Below are positions 9,005 through 18,669 of a stretch of 64,000 bases of DNA, piece after piece. Below the pieces are notes generated by a model. That model saw only the letters and a program-made list of their open reading frames with translations. It searched no databases and was not told the origin of the DNA. Position numbers and translations under genes: made by a program. Origin of the DNA: Candidatus Sulfotelmatobacter kueseliae. Its GTDB lineage: Bacteria; Acidobacteriota; Terriglobia; Terriglobales; Acidobacteriaceae. Position 1 is the first letter of the stretch, and every line of letters begins with the position of its first letter. The stretch covers positions 14,314 to 78,313 of the forward strand of contig OMOD01000122.1 in assembly GCA_900290255.1 (NCBI GenBank), in the 5' to 3' direction.

Positions 9005-10045
9005 ATGAGACCAGAGACTCTTCCCCCCCAATTGGAACATGTACGTCTTCAGGCCAAGCAGAGAACTCTTTCTCTGGTGATCGTGGTTTGGAATGCCAAG
9101 AAATACGTTCTCGACTGTCTGGAATCATTAAGAGAACACTGCGCAGGCGTGTATACCGAAGTCATTGTCGTCGACAACGCTTCTACGGACGGCACTCCCG
9201 AGTTGATTGAGCGACGATTTCCCGAATTCGAACTCATTCGTAACTCCGAAAACCTCGGATTTGCAAAGGCAAACAACATCGGGATGCTTCGGAGTACAGG
9301 AGACTATATCTGCCTGGTGAACTCCGATGTGAAGTTCACCAGCGACTGCCTCACGCCTCTGCTCGGTTATTTTGCCGACCATCCAACGGTCGGGATGCTC
9401 GGACCAAGAAGTCTGGGACCGAGTGGTGAAGTGACACGTTCTACCTTGAGGTTTCCGACCGTTTGGAATAACTTCTGCCGAGCTCTCGGCCTCGATCGCG
9501 CTTTCAAGAGATCCCGTCTATTCGGCGGCTTGTTGATGGCGGATTTTGACCATCGGTCGACGTTGCCCGTGGAAGTGCTCGTGGGTTGGTTTGTCGTCGT
9601 CCGCCGCAGTTCGGTCGAGCGAGTGGGCTTGTTAGACCCGCAATTCTTCATGTACGGCGAAGATGTTGACTGGTGCTACCGTTTCCGGCAAGCTGGAGAG
9701 CAAGTCGTTTTCTTCTCTGAAGCCGAAGCGATTCACTATGGAGGGGCGAGCTCATCTAATGCGCCTCTGCGCTTTTATCTCGAGCAGGAATTCGCCAACT
9801 GGCAGTATTGGCGAAAGCACCACAGCTGGCTGGGACAGTTGTCCTTCCTCGCGAGCTTAGCTGTTTATCATAGTGTTCGACTCTTAGTTTCTGCCCTGAA
9901 CTACTTGTTTTCGCCCGGACAGCGGTCAGAAGTTCGCGACAAGCTCACAAGAAGTCTGGTTTGTTTGCAATGGGTGTGTCAGCCCAACCGTCGCCCTTTG
10001 GATATGGGTCTCAATCTGGGCCGAAGCAGTTCTTCAGCAGCATAG
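9005..10045 (+). CDS. Family 2 glycosyltransferase (rhamnosyltransferase-like)
   Basis: LSLVIVVWNAKKYVLDCLESL, VIVVDNASTDGT, NLGFAKANNIG, YGEDVDWCYR. Confidence 0.85.
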   Translation: MRPETLPPQLEHVRLQAKQRTLSLVIVVWNAKKYVLDCLESLREHCAGVYTEVIVVDNASTDGTPELIERRFPEFELIRNSENLGFAKANNIGMLRSTGDYICLVNSDVKFTSDCLTPLLGYFADHPTVGMLGPRSLGPSGEVTRSTLRFPTVWNNFCRALGLDRAFKRSRLFGGLLMADFDHRSTLPVEVLVGWFVVVRRSSVERVGLLDPQFFMYGEDVDWCYRFRQAGEQVVFFSEAEAIHYGGASSSNAPLRFYLEQEFANWQYWRKHHSWLGQLSFLASLAVYHSVRLLVSALNYLFSPGQRSEVRDKLTRSLVCLQWVCQPNRRPLDMGLNLGRSSSSAA

Positions 10046-10062
10046 CCGATCGTAAATAGAAT

Positions 10063-10815
10063 ATGAGTCTCCGATCTCAGCTTGGGCGCATTCGATCCAA
10101 GATCCTATGCGCACTCTACCGGCGCACCGTGCCCTTGGGGACTGCCGGTCCAATCGTATCCTTCACCTTCGATGATTTTCCTCGTACCGCCTACTCGGTT
10201 GGCGGGTCCATCCTGGAAGAATTCGGAGCTCGGGGAACGTACTACATCACTGGCGGCCTCATGAACGCTTCTAACGAACTCGGTGAGCTCTGTTGCTGGG
10301 ACGACCTTCAATCCCTAATCGATAAGGGTCACGAACTGGGTTCCCAAACATTCCGTCACAGCTCCTGCCGTGCCTTGTCCCTTGCGGCGTTCCGGGAGGA
10401 CGTTCAGAAGGGAATGGAGGCCGTGGAACAGATCAAGGGCCACAACTCGACGAACTTCGCATATCCATACGGGCATGCGACATTCCGCAGCAAGAAGATC
10501 CTGGGACCACGTCTCACCAGTTCCCGAAGCATCATTCCTGGCTTCAACGGGCCAGAGATCGATCTCAATTTGCTCCGGGCAAACCGGCTGTATGGCGATA
10601 TCGACCAATCGGGGCCCGTCGAAGACTTAATCCTTCAAAACGCAAGACAAAGGAGCTGGCTGATCTTCTACACTCACGACGTGCGGGCCAACCCTTCCGA
10701 ATATGGATGTACCCCGGCACTCCTCGAGTTCGCTGTATCTCGTGCAGCACGCAGCGGCAGCCGGATTCTCACCGTTCAAAAAGCGTTGGCTGAAGTCGGT
10801 ATTCGCAAAGCTTGA
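10063..10815 (+). CDS. Polysaccharide deacetylase (NodB-homology) family protein
   Basis: IVSFTFDDFPRTAYSVGGSILEEFGARGTYYITGG, HELGSQTFRH, FAYPYGH. Confidence 0.8.
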   Translation: MSLRSQLGRIRSKILCALYRRTVPLGTAGPIVSFTFDDFPRTAYSVGGSILEEFGARGTYYITGGLMNASNELGELCCWDDLQSLIDKGHELGSQTFRHSSCRALSLAAFREDVQKGMEAVEQIKGHNSTNFAYPYGHATFRSKKILGPRLTSSRSIIPGFNGPEIDLNLLRANRLYGDIDQSGPVEDLILQNARQRSWLIFYTHDVRANPSEYGCTPALLEFAVSRAARSGSRILTVQKALAEVGIRKA

Positions 10816-11059
10816 TAAGGCCCAGGCCCCCAGCGGCGCTTCCTTCATCGATGTCTGAACCCGTAAAGGGCTGTGGACGCCGAGGCTTAGAGCGTCATTG
10901 GGCAAGATCGCAGGATCGCCACTTTGGCGCATCCGTCAGTGCCAAACGGCCAATACGGGATGTTCTTGCCGTTCATGCACTTCTGACAGCTTGGCGCCGG
11001 GAGATGGACTGAATACCATGTCACTTGAAGCTAGCCTTGATTTCTGACATGGGAGCCCA

Positions 11060-12646
11060 ATGAGTCGCATATTTCCCCCAGCTCAATTAGCCCTCATCCT
11101 CGCCGTCGTGCTCACGGGAAGTGCTTTCGCCGGAACGTATTACATCGCAGCCAACGGCAGTGATTCCAACAATGGAACGTCCAAGACGACACCCTGGGCA
11201 CATCTGCCGGGCATGGCAACCTGGACCGGAAGCCATACCCCAGTCGCTGGCGATACCTTCATTCTGCGCGGCTGCGACGTGTGGTCGAACGCCAACTTCT
11301 CAATCTTGTGGTCTTGGAGCGGGGCAACGGGGAATCGCATCCAAATCGGCGGACTCGACAAGACCTGGTACAACAGCACGAACTGTCCCTCGGGATGGAA
11401 TCGGCCAGTGTTTAACGCAGGCAATGCGGTGATGAACGGTACCGAATGCTCCGGAGACAGCAGAGGGACCAACACAAACAGTTTTATCTACAACACGGGA
11501 GCACACAACTTCTGGTCCTGGATTGAATTGAAAGGACTGTATTGGGCATCGGGCTGTGGGGGAATTGCAGACACCCATGCAGTTGCTGGAGACGTGATCT
11601 ACGACAACCTCTATGTCCACAAGTGGTCAGTCAACTTGTCTACCGCAGGCGACATATCAGGTTTTTTCACCATTCCCGGAGGAACTGGAGCCTGCAACAG
11701 CAATGCGGGGGCCGTGAATTGTACGGTGCAATATCTGGTGCAAGATAATTCGGATAGTCCTAACGGAACCAACCCCAACCAACGTTCCGGTGGTGGCGTA
11801 ATGGCGATGAACACAATCAACAGCATCTTCAGCTACATGACCAATGCCATTAAGCCTTACACCAACGGGGAAATTGGCGGGAACAACATCTCAAACGTCG
11901 CGGGCGGATTTGATGGCACGAACCACCCGAACTGCATCGAAACCATTCAGGCGAGCGGGAATAATACTTACTACTTCCACGACAACTGGGTACACGGCAA
12001 CTACTCCTGCCAACTATTCACGATTGGTAACCCCGGCGAGATTGACTATGCGTGGAACAACATCTTCGATTGCTCTGGGGGCGGTGTTGGCAACAACTGC
12101 CCCGCCTTGGAGCAGGGCAGTGGTGACCTCCACTCGCTTTTTTTCTGGAACAACACCATATTTAACGCCAATGGCAACTACTGCATGACGCTGGGCAGCA
12201 ACAACGCCTACCAGAAGGATTTTCAGGTCCGAAATAACCATTGCATCACAACGAACACGGGCGGAGTTGTCTTTGGCCTCAACAGCCCCAGCCCCGACAG
12301 CGGAGCGAATGCGCCAGTCACGGATCATAACTACATCGAGAGCGCATCCCAAGCAGCCAGCAACGGGTATACCAGTTCGCAACCCTACAACTACTCGCCC
12401 ACGTCTGCCTCTAGTCCCACCGTCGGAGCAGGGATCAACTTGACATCCTCTTGGCCGGGGGCATATTCGACCAACGACACGAACTATGCGTGTACCGAAC
12501 AGACAGTGAACGGAGTCGTCCAGTCGGTGTGCCCTGCTCGATCTTCGGTCAGCCGACCCAGCAGTGCGGCTTGGGACGCAGGAGCGTACTTCTTTCCCGT
12601 AGGGACGCCGAATCCTCCGACAGGCCTGGCGGCCGTCGTGCAATAG
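11060..12646 (+). CDS. Secreted right-handed beta-helix (pectate-lyase-fold) protein, candidate polysaccharide lyase/hydrolase
   Basis: Signal peptide MSRIFPPAQLALILAVVLTGSAFA|G. The mature N-terminus TYYIAANGSDSNNGTSKTTPWAHL is typical of parallel beta-helix proteins. The sequence is Asn/Gly-rich and periodic throughout. Confidence 0.65.
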   Translation: MSRIFPPAQLALILAVVLTGSAFAGTYYIAANGSDSNNGTSKTTPWAHLPGMATWTGSHTPVAGDTFILRGCDVWSNANFSILWSWSGATGNRIQIGGLDKTWYNSTNCPSGWNRPVFNAGNAVMNGTECSGDSRGTNTNSFIYNTGAHNFWSWIELKGLYWASGCGGIADTHAVAGDVIYDNLYVHKWSVNLSTAGDISGFFTIPGGTGACNSNAGAVNCTVQYLVQDNSDSPNGTNPNQRSGGGVMAMNTINSIFSYMTNAIKPYTNGEIGGNNISNVAGGFDGTNHPNCIETIQASGNNTYYFHDNWVHGNYSCQLFTIGNPGEIDYAWNNIFDCSGGGVGNNCPALEQGSGDLHSLFFWNNTIFNANGNYCMTLGSNNAYQKDFQVRNNHCITTNTGGVVFGLNSPSPDSGANAPVTDHNYIESASQAASNGYTSSQPYNYSPTSASSPTVGAGINLTSSWPGAYSTNDTNYACTEQTVNGVVQSVCPARSSVSRPSSAAWDAGAYFFPVGTPNPPTGLAAVVQ

Positions 12647-12710
12647 AGACAGTCCCACTATCTTGCGCTGGGGATCGCGGACCCCTGCGGTCGCCATTCT
12701 GCAGAACCCA

Positions 12711-13940
12711 ATGACCGGCAACCCGGCTCGCATTCGAGTGCTGTACAGCTTTCCGAATAAACTCGGCGGGGAGCGCATCTGCTACACAGCTTGGCAGCAG
12801 GTTAACGGACTTGCAGCGGCTGGAGCCGATCTGCTTGTGTTCCCGGCTTCGACCTGCCGGCTGGTCCCCTCTGCCGCAGTAGTGCGACCCACTTTAGCGC
12901 GGGGAAGACTAAGGATACCTTATAGGCTTCTCGGCAATGACCGTGCGCACGCCCTGCACGACTACATCGTGGCGCACCGGATCGAGAAGCTTGCGAGCCA
13001 GATTGACATTGTTCACACATGGCCATCCGGCGCACGCCGGACGCTCGAAGCTGCAAAGAGATTAGGGATTCCGACCGTGCTTGAGAGGTGTAACTCCCAT
13101 ACCCGTTACGTATACGAAGTTGTACAGAAGGAGTGCGAACGCGTGGGGGTTTGCCTTCCGCCAGGCTCCGAAGCTGCGTTCAATCAAAAGGTCCTTCAAA
13201 TCGAAGAAGAGGAGTTTCGACTGGCCGACCGACTTTTGTGCCCCTCAGAGTTCGTGGTCAAGACCTTCTTGGACAAGGGATTCCCACGTGATCGACTTGC
13301 GAGGCACATCTATGGTTTTGACGACAAGGTCTACCACCCCGCACCGAGTTATCAGCCAAGTCAGACCGGGCTGAGAATGCTGTTCGTCGGTTTCTGCGCG
13401 GTCAGGAAAGGAGTCCACTATGCATTGGAGGCGTGGCTCAAGTCACCGGCACATCGTGACGGCACCTTTATGGTCGCCGGAGAGTTCTTGCCCGAATACG
13501 CCAGGAAGCTCGGCCCGATGCTTTCACACCCCAGCGTCCGGGTACTAGGTCAGCGGAATGACATACCCGAACTAATGCGTAATAGCGACGTCTTGGTACT
13601 GCCGAGCATAGAAGAGGGTTTCGGACTCGTGTGCACGGAGGCTATGGGCAGTGGATGCGTTCCGCTCGTCTCAGATGCCTGCACCGATGTCTGCAAACAC
13701 ATGCAGAACTCATTAGTGCACCATGTGGGGGACGTTGAGGCTCTGACGCAGCACATCACACTTCTGCACAACGACCGGATTCTTCTCCAAAGGTTGCGCT
13801 CGACCGGATTGAATCTGAGAAACACCCTTACGTGGAACGTTGCAGGCGTCAAGCTTCTAGAGGTGTATCGCGAGACGATCAGTATGTACTCAAAGAACAG
13901 AGACCAGAGCGCCGCTTCTGGTGAGACTTTGAATGTCTAA
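12711..13940 (+). CDS. GT4 (GT-B, group 1) glycosyltransferase
   Basis: ORF 12663..13940; ATG at 12711. SDVLVLPSIEEGFGLVCTEAMGSGCVPLVSD is the E-x7-E region. Confidence 0.85.
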   Translation: MTGNPARIRVLYSFPNKLGGERICYTAWQQVNGLAAAGADLLVFPASTCRLVPSAAVVRPTLARGRLRIPYRLLGNDRAHALHDYIVAHRIEKLASQIDIVHTWPSGARRTLEAAKRLGIPTVLERCNSHTRYVYEVVQKECERVGVCLPPGSEAAFNQKVLQIEEEEFRLADRLLCPSEFVVKTFLDKGFPRDRLARHIYGFDDKVYHPAPSYQPSQTGLRMLFVGFCAVRKGVHYALEAWLKSPAHRDGTFMVAGEFLPEYARKLGPMLSHPSVRVLGQRNDIPELMRNSDVLVLPSIEEGFGLVCTEAMGSGCVPLVSDACTDVCKHMQNSLVHHVGDVEALTQHITLLHNDRILLQRLRSTGLNLRNTLTWNVAGVKLLEVYRETISMYSKNRDQSAASGETLNV

Positions 13941-15393
13941 CAGGGCTAGGACATTTCGCAACGTCATTTACAGCAGCCTCACCAAGGGGACAACCCTGAT
14001 TTGTATCGCCGTGACAAGCTCGGTGGTGGCCAGAAACCTTAGTCCGTCCGACTATGGAGTCATTGGATTTGCCACCATCATTATCGGATTCTTGAGCCAC
14101 TTCAGCGATGTTGGGGTGGCAAGCGCCGCTATTCGCCGTCCCGCGCTCGATCAGCACAGCCTCCGAGCTGCATTCACTCTGAAGATCATCCTGAGTTTCG
14201 GCGCATGTACTGCGGCTTTTCTAATCGCACCGTTCGCGCACCATTTTTTCGAGCATCCGCAAACCGCCAATGTGGTCCGGGTCTTGGCCGTGGAGTTTCT
14301 GGTAAGCACGATCGGATTCATGTCTCTGGTGACGCTAATAAGGGAACAGAACTACCGTGCCTTGGTGATTCCAGGGCTGGCAAGCGCCATTGTTCGGTGC
14401 GTCCTCGCGGTCACGCTGATTCTGTGGGGATGGAAGTACTGGGCGGTCGTCTGTGCCGACGTCGGCGGGGTTCTGGCCGCCAGCGTTGCCACACAGCTCG
14501 CGAGAAGAATCACCATCCGTTTTCGGTTCGATTTGACTGATTGGCAGGAGTACCTGCGGTTCGGCGTGCCTTTGCTCGGAAGCGGAGTCCTGATTTTTCT
14601 GGTAATGAACCTGGACAATTTTCTGGTTGGCTCCCGCCTGGGAAGCACCCAATTGGGCTACTATGCTCTGGCATTTACTTGGGGGAGCTTCATTTGCGGC
14701 CTGCTTTACGACACCGTCAACAACGTGCTGTTTCCGGCATTTTCCGCTCTGCAGAATGACGCCGCCGCAATGCGACGATGGTATCTCAAGACGATCGACC
14801 TGATCGCATTTGTCGCCGTCGTAGCCAACACCGCGCTACTCGCCAATACGCACTTTTTTCTTGTGACCTTTCTGGGCAAAGGCACGGACAAGTGGGTCCC
14901 GGCGGCTATGGCTCTTAAGATTCTTTGCGTCTACGGAATCGTACGTGCAATAACTGAGCCGCTCAGCAACTGCGTGATGGCCCTCGGGAAAACCAAGTCA
15001 TTGCTGCACGCAAATGCTTTAGCCGGCGGCCTTGAGCTACTTCTGTTCTTGGTTGTATTGCGAACCGGCAGAATTGAACTGGTTGCGGGCGCTGTGTTCG
15101 TCGCATACGTGAGCCAATCCATCATCTATCTGCCATTCTTGCGTCGAAATCTTGATATCGGGACCGGAGAGATCGCCGCGCAGTTGTGGCCGGTGATTCC
15201 CGCTCTCGCCGGCGGTTACATCATCACATCCCTTCTGCCGGTTTCGCTGGGAGGCACGTTCTTTACCCTTGCTTGCCGGGGATTGTTCAGCGCCTTGGTC
15301 GCCGCGTCGATCCATGGACTATGTACCCGCTTCCGATGTTTCCAGGAAGCCGGTGGAATGATTTCCCAAAACCTCGCTCGCGTGCGGGCGTAG
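13933..15393 (+). CDS. wzx: Wzx-type polysaccharide flippase (MOP superfamily)
   Basis: 486 aa and multi-span hydrophobic throughout. The N-terminus NVIYSSLTKGTTLICIAVTSSVVARNLSPSDYGVIGF is typical of polysaccharide biosynthesis protein/flippase families. Overlaps the upstream gene by 8 nt. Confidence 0.75.
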   Translation: MSNRARTFRNVIYSSLTKGTTLICIAVTSSVVARNLSPSDYGVIGFATIIIGFLSHFSDVGVASAAIRRPALDQHSLRAAFTLKIILSFGACTAAFLIAPFAHHFFEHPQTANVVRVLAVEFLVSTIGFMSLVTLIREQNYRALVIPGLASAIVRCVLAVTLILWGWKYWAVVCADVGGVLAASVATQLARRITIRFRFDLTDWQEYLRFGVPLLGSGVLIFLVMNLDNFLVGSRLGSTQLGYYALAFTWGSFICGLLYDTVNNVLFPAFSALQNDAAAMRRWYLKTIDLIAFVAVVANTALLANTHFFLVTFLGKGTDKWVPAAMALKILCVYGIVRAITEPLSNCVMALGKTKSLLHANALAGGLELLLFLVVLRTGRIELVAGAVFVAYVSQSIIYLPFLRRNLDIGTGEIAAQLWPVIPALAGGYIITSLLPVSLGGTFFTLACRGLFSALVAASIHGLCTRFRCFQEAGGMISQNLARVRA

Positions 15394-15430
15394 GGCCGTG
15401 CGAAGGGAGCAGGGGAGAGCGTCCGAACAA

Positions 15431-16609
15431 ATGAGCATGCAGGCCAGATTGGTTGCCTTTTACCTGCCCCAGTTTCATCCCATTCCGGAAAATGATGAAT
15501 GGTGGGGGAAAGGCTTTACGGAATGGACGAACGCGGCGAAAGCCAAGCCGTTGTTCAAAGGACATTATCAGCCCCGGCTCCCGGCGGACTTGGGCTATTA
15601 CGATCTGCGAGTACCGGAAGTCCGGGAGGCCCAGGCGGAACTGGCCCGTAATGCTGGCATTGAGGGGTTCTGCTACTACCATTACTGGTTTGGCGGAAAA
15701 CGCTTGCTGGAACGGCCGTTCACTGAAGTGGTCGCCTCAGGGAAGCCTGATTTCCCCTTCTGCCTGTGTTGGGCCAATCAAACCTGGACAGGCGTGTGGC
15801 ACGGCGCGCCCGGTCGGATTCTTATCGAGCAGACATATCCCGGGACCGAAGACAATCGAAAGCACTTCATGGCGTTGCGGGATGCATTCGTGGACAAGCG
15901 CTATATGCGGGTAGAGGGTCGTCCCATTTTCGTAATCTATCGTCCCACCGAGTTCCCCAATGTGACCTGCTTTGTTCGCGAATGGCAGGAGTTGGCTGTT
16001 CAGAGCGGGTTGCCCGGGGTGCATTTTGTCGCTCATCTGCTGCCGCACGAGGCAGCTTGGGATTACAGGTCGCAGGGATTTGACAGTTGCGTTGTGGTGA
16101 GCACTCAGAAAGTGTTTACCCTGCCGGTGCGCGAGCTGCTTCTGAGGAAGAACGGGAATGGTTCCCGAGAAGATCTGGGACATTCTCGCACGGGAACGGA
16201 TAGCGATGCGTTCCAGGGAGTGCTGCGTCATTGGTGGTGGCGACGATATCGATCATCGTTTGCACAGTTTGCCAACGTGAGGCTCTACCGGCATGCGCTT
16301 CCTTATCTGCTCGACGGTTGTAGTGAGGATCCGAACACGTATCCTTGCGTTACTCCAAACTGGGATAACACGCCCCGGTCCGGAGTCCGAGGGATCGTGC
16401 TGCACGACTCGACCCCCGATCTGTTTCGCGCTCACCTGCGGGAAGCCTTGACCTTAGTGCAGTCCCGCTCGATAGACCAGCGATTGGTTTTCGTAAAGTC
16501 ATGGAATGAATGGGCCGAAGGCAATTACCTGGAGCCTGATCAGAGGTTCGGGCACGATTACCTCAAAGTCATCCGGGCGGAAGTTTCGGAGCGGGAACAA
16601 ACCTCATGA
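15431..16609 (+). CDS. WbsX-like glycosyl transferase/hydrolase family protein
   Basis: ORF 15398..16609; ATG at 15431. RLVAFYLPQFHPIPENDEWWGKGFTEWTNAAKAKPLFKGHYQPRLPADLGYYDLR is the characteristic WbsX-family N-terminus. Confidence 0.75.
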   Translation: MSMQARLVAFYLPQFHPIPENDEWWGKGFTEWTNAAKAKPLFKGHYQPRLPADLGYYDLRVPEVREAQAELARNAGIEGFCYYHYWFGGKRLLERPFTEVVASGKPDFPFCLCWANQTWTGVWHGAPGRILIEQTYPGTEDNRKHFMALRDAFVDKRYMRVEGRPIFVIYRPTEFPNVTCFVREWQELAVQSGLPGVHFVAHLLPHEAAWDYRSQGFDSCVVVSTQKVFTLPVRELLLRKNGNGSREDLGHSRTGTDSDAFQGVLRHWWWRRYRSSFAQFANVRLYRHALPYLLDGCSEDPNTYPCVTPNWDNTPRSGVRGIVLHDSTPDLFRAHLREALTLVQSRSIDQRLVFVKSWNEWAEGNYLEPDQRFGHDYLKVIRAEVSEREQTS

Positions 16610-17631
16610 AAGTGTCGGCGGTTATCCCCACTTTCAATCGCAGGGACTACATAAAGCGCGCCGTGGATTCGATCCTGGCGCAAACAACCCCTGTCGATGA
16701 AGTCGTTGTCGTCGACGACGGTTCTACGGATGGCACCGCTGAAGCTCTGGACGTGTGGTTTGGATCACGCATCCGCGTTGTGAAGCAGGAGAATGGCGGT
16801 GTCTCCAAAGCCCGCCGCCATGGGATTCGAGAAGCCAGCGGGGATTGGATTGCATTCTTGGATAGTGACGATGAGTGGCTGCCGGATAGAAACGAACGCC
16901 TGTTGAAGGCGGCAGAGCGGGTGCCAGCAGATGTCGCATGGATTTTCGGCGACCTAGAAGTTGTCACTGATGAAGGACACGGAAGCACGATATTTGGTGA
17001 ACACGGGCTCTCTATCAAGGATTGTCCGCACGTATTTCCCGATTCGCTGAGCGTGCAGTTTCCTTTTCAGTTTGGACTTTTGCAGGGCAGCTTCATCCGC
17101 CGAAGAGTACTTTTGGAACTCGATTGCTTTAACGAGGGCCTGCAACATTCCGAGGACCTGCTCGCGGGATATCAGGTTGCCTGCAAATACAGATTTGCGG
17201 CAATTCCGTCGGTGGTCGGCAGATATTTCCGAACCTCGGATCTAAACGCGAATTCAGCATTGCTCAAAGGGCTCCAAAGCCAGGACTATTTCCGATCGAG
17301 AATGCTTTGTTTCGCACTGGCAGTGCAATCAGGACACTGGCGGCCCTGGAACGTGCGATACGCCGATGCGGCGCGCGAGTTGTGCAAGATTAGAGTGAAA
17401 GAGGGCAAATCGGCGCGGGGTCTGGCATTAGAGCAATTTCGGTTTGGCGGCATTTCGGCAAAGGCCATAGCATTTTTCTGTGCGGCCATGTTTGGACAAA
17501 AGGGAATCCAAGTTTGGAACGCCCTGGCTGACTTCCGCCGGCAACTTCGTCCAACACAGGTCCGACTTGAGAAGAAGAGCGGCCTGAAGGCATCTTTCGA
17601 ATCTTCTGGTGCAGCGAATAAGCAAGTTTAG
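16606..17631 (+). CDS. Family 2 glycosyltransferase
   Basis: VSAVIPTFNRRDYIKRAVDSILAQT, VVVVDDGSTDGT, FLDSDDEW. ATGA overlap with the upstream gene. Confidence 0.85.
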   Translation: MKVSAVIPTFNRRDYIKRAVDSILAQTTPVDEVVVVDDGSTDGTAEALDVWFGSRIRVVKQENGGVSKARRHGIREASGDWIAFLDSDDEWLPDRNERLLKAAERVPADVAWIFGDLEVVTDEGHGSTIFGEHGLSIKDCPHVFPDSLSVQFPFQFGLLQGSFIRRRVLLELDCFNEGLQHSEDLLAGYQVACKYRFAAIPSVVGRYFRTSDLNANSALLKGLQSQDYFRSRMLCFALAVQSGHWRPWNVRYADAARELCKIRVKEGKSARGLALEQFRFGGISAKAIAFFCAAMFGQKGIQVWNALADFRRQLRPTQVRLEKKSGLKASFESSGAANKQV

Positions 17632-17664
17632 CGCTTTCGCTTGGGATCTTGTGGAGACGCGTTG

Positions 17665-18651
17665 ATGAACGAACCGCTGGTGAGCGTAATCATTCCCACC
17701 TACAATCGGGCGGAAGTGATTTGCGAAACCATTGAGAACATATTCCAGCAGACCTACCCGAACCTCGAACTCATTGTGGTCGATGACGGTTCTACCGATG
17801 ACACACCATCGGTACTCCGGTCGTATGGCAACAGGATTCGCTGGGCCGCTCAGGAGAATGCCGGGCCGTCGGCGGCTCGGAACCGGGGCATCTCGATGGC
17901 GAAGGGTGAGGTCATCGCCTTTCAGGATTCCGACGATGCCTGGCATCCGACGAAAATTGAGCGCCAAGTTTCTCTCCTGCAGCGCGGTGGCGAGTCTGTC
18001 GTCTGCTGCCTGTGCAACTGTAATGTGGAACGGGATGGCCGCGTAGTCCATTCTTTTGAAACGGCCCCCATTTACCCACCTATTGAAGAGGGAATGTGGC
18101 TCAACGTGACCGAGGTGCTGGCCACGCGCTGTGTCCTTTTTAACCAGGCGGTGGCCGTTCGAAGAAAAGCGCTGGTGAGAGTGGGGGGTTTCGATGAGTC
18201 GTTCCGGCTCATGGAAGACATGGAGCTAGCGCTTCGCCTTTCGCTGGAGGGACCGTGGACGTTCATTCGCGAGCCGCTCGCTACCCGCCAAGCGAAACTC
18301 CGGCACACATTGTCGCACGAGGCAAGTGAAATTATAGTTGCCAAGAACGTGGTACGGATACAGGAAGGTATCCTGCGCATTATCGAGTCCAGCGGCCGGC
18401 TCGCTGCTTTGAGGCCGCAACTGGAGAGAGAATTGAGAAGATCGCGCCGATTTCTGCGTGCGGCCCAAATGAAGGAGAGCGATGTGTTCGGGGCGTCACT
18501 TGTTGGCTGGGTCCTGGAACGGACCGAGCATTACCGCCAGGCCGCCTACCGGCGAACTCCCTGGTTTCCACAGATGAAGGTTTCTGCGCTGGACTCCCGG
18601 AATTTCTGGGATTTGCGAAAGGCGTCGGCTTCCGAACCGTCCTTGCGATAG
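17665..18651 (+). CDS. Family 2 glycosyltransferase
   Basis: ORF 17641..18651; ATG at 17665. VSVIIPTYNRAEVICETIENIFQQTY, LIVVDDGSTDDT, FQDSDDAW. Confidence 0.85.
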   Translation: MNEPLVSVIIPTYNRAEVICETIENIFQQTYPNLELIVVDDGSTDDTPSVLRSYGNRIRWAAQENAGPSAARNRGISMAKGEVIAFQDSDDAWHPTKIERQVSLLQRGGESVVCCLCNCNVERDGRVVHSFETAPIYPPIEEGMWLNVTEVLATRCVLFNQAVAVRRKALVRVGGFDESFRLMEDMELALRLSLEGPWTFIREPLATRQAKLRHTLSHEASEIIVAKNVVRIQEGILRIIESSGRLAALRPQLERELRRSRRFLRAAQMKESDVFGASLVGWVLERTEHYRQAAYRRTPWFPQMKVSALDSRNFWDLRKASASEPSLR

Positions 18652-18669
18652 TCGAACGAGGCTTAACCC

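Noticed and set aside
11060-12646. PEP-CTERM/exosortase sorting signals on the secreted beta-helix protein and on the Gly-rich protein (46127-47200), given the FemAB-like and EPS context.
   Set aside because: Neither protein ends with a P-E-P motif followed by a hydrophobic helix and a basic tail, and no exosortase gene is present in the window.
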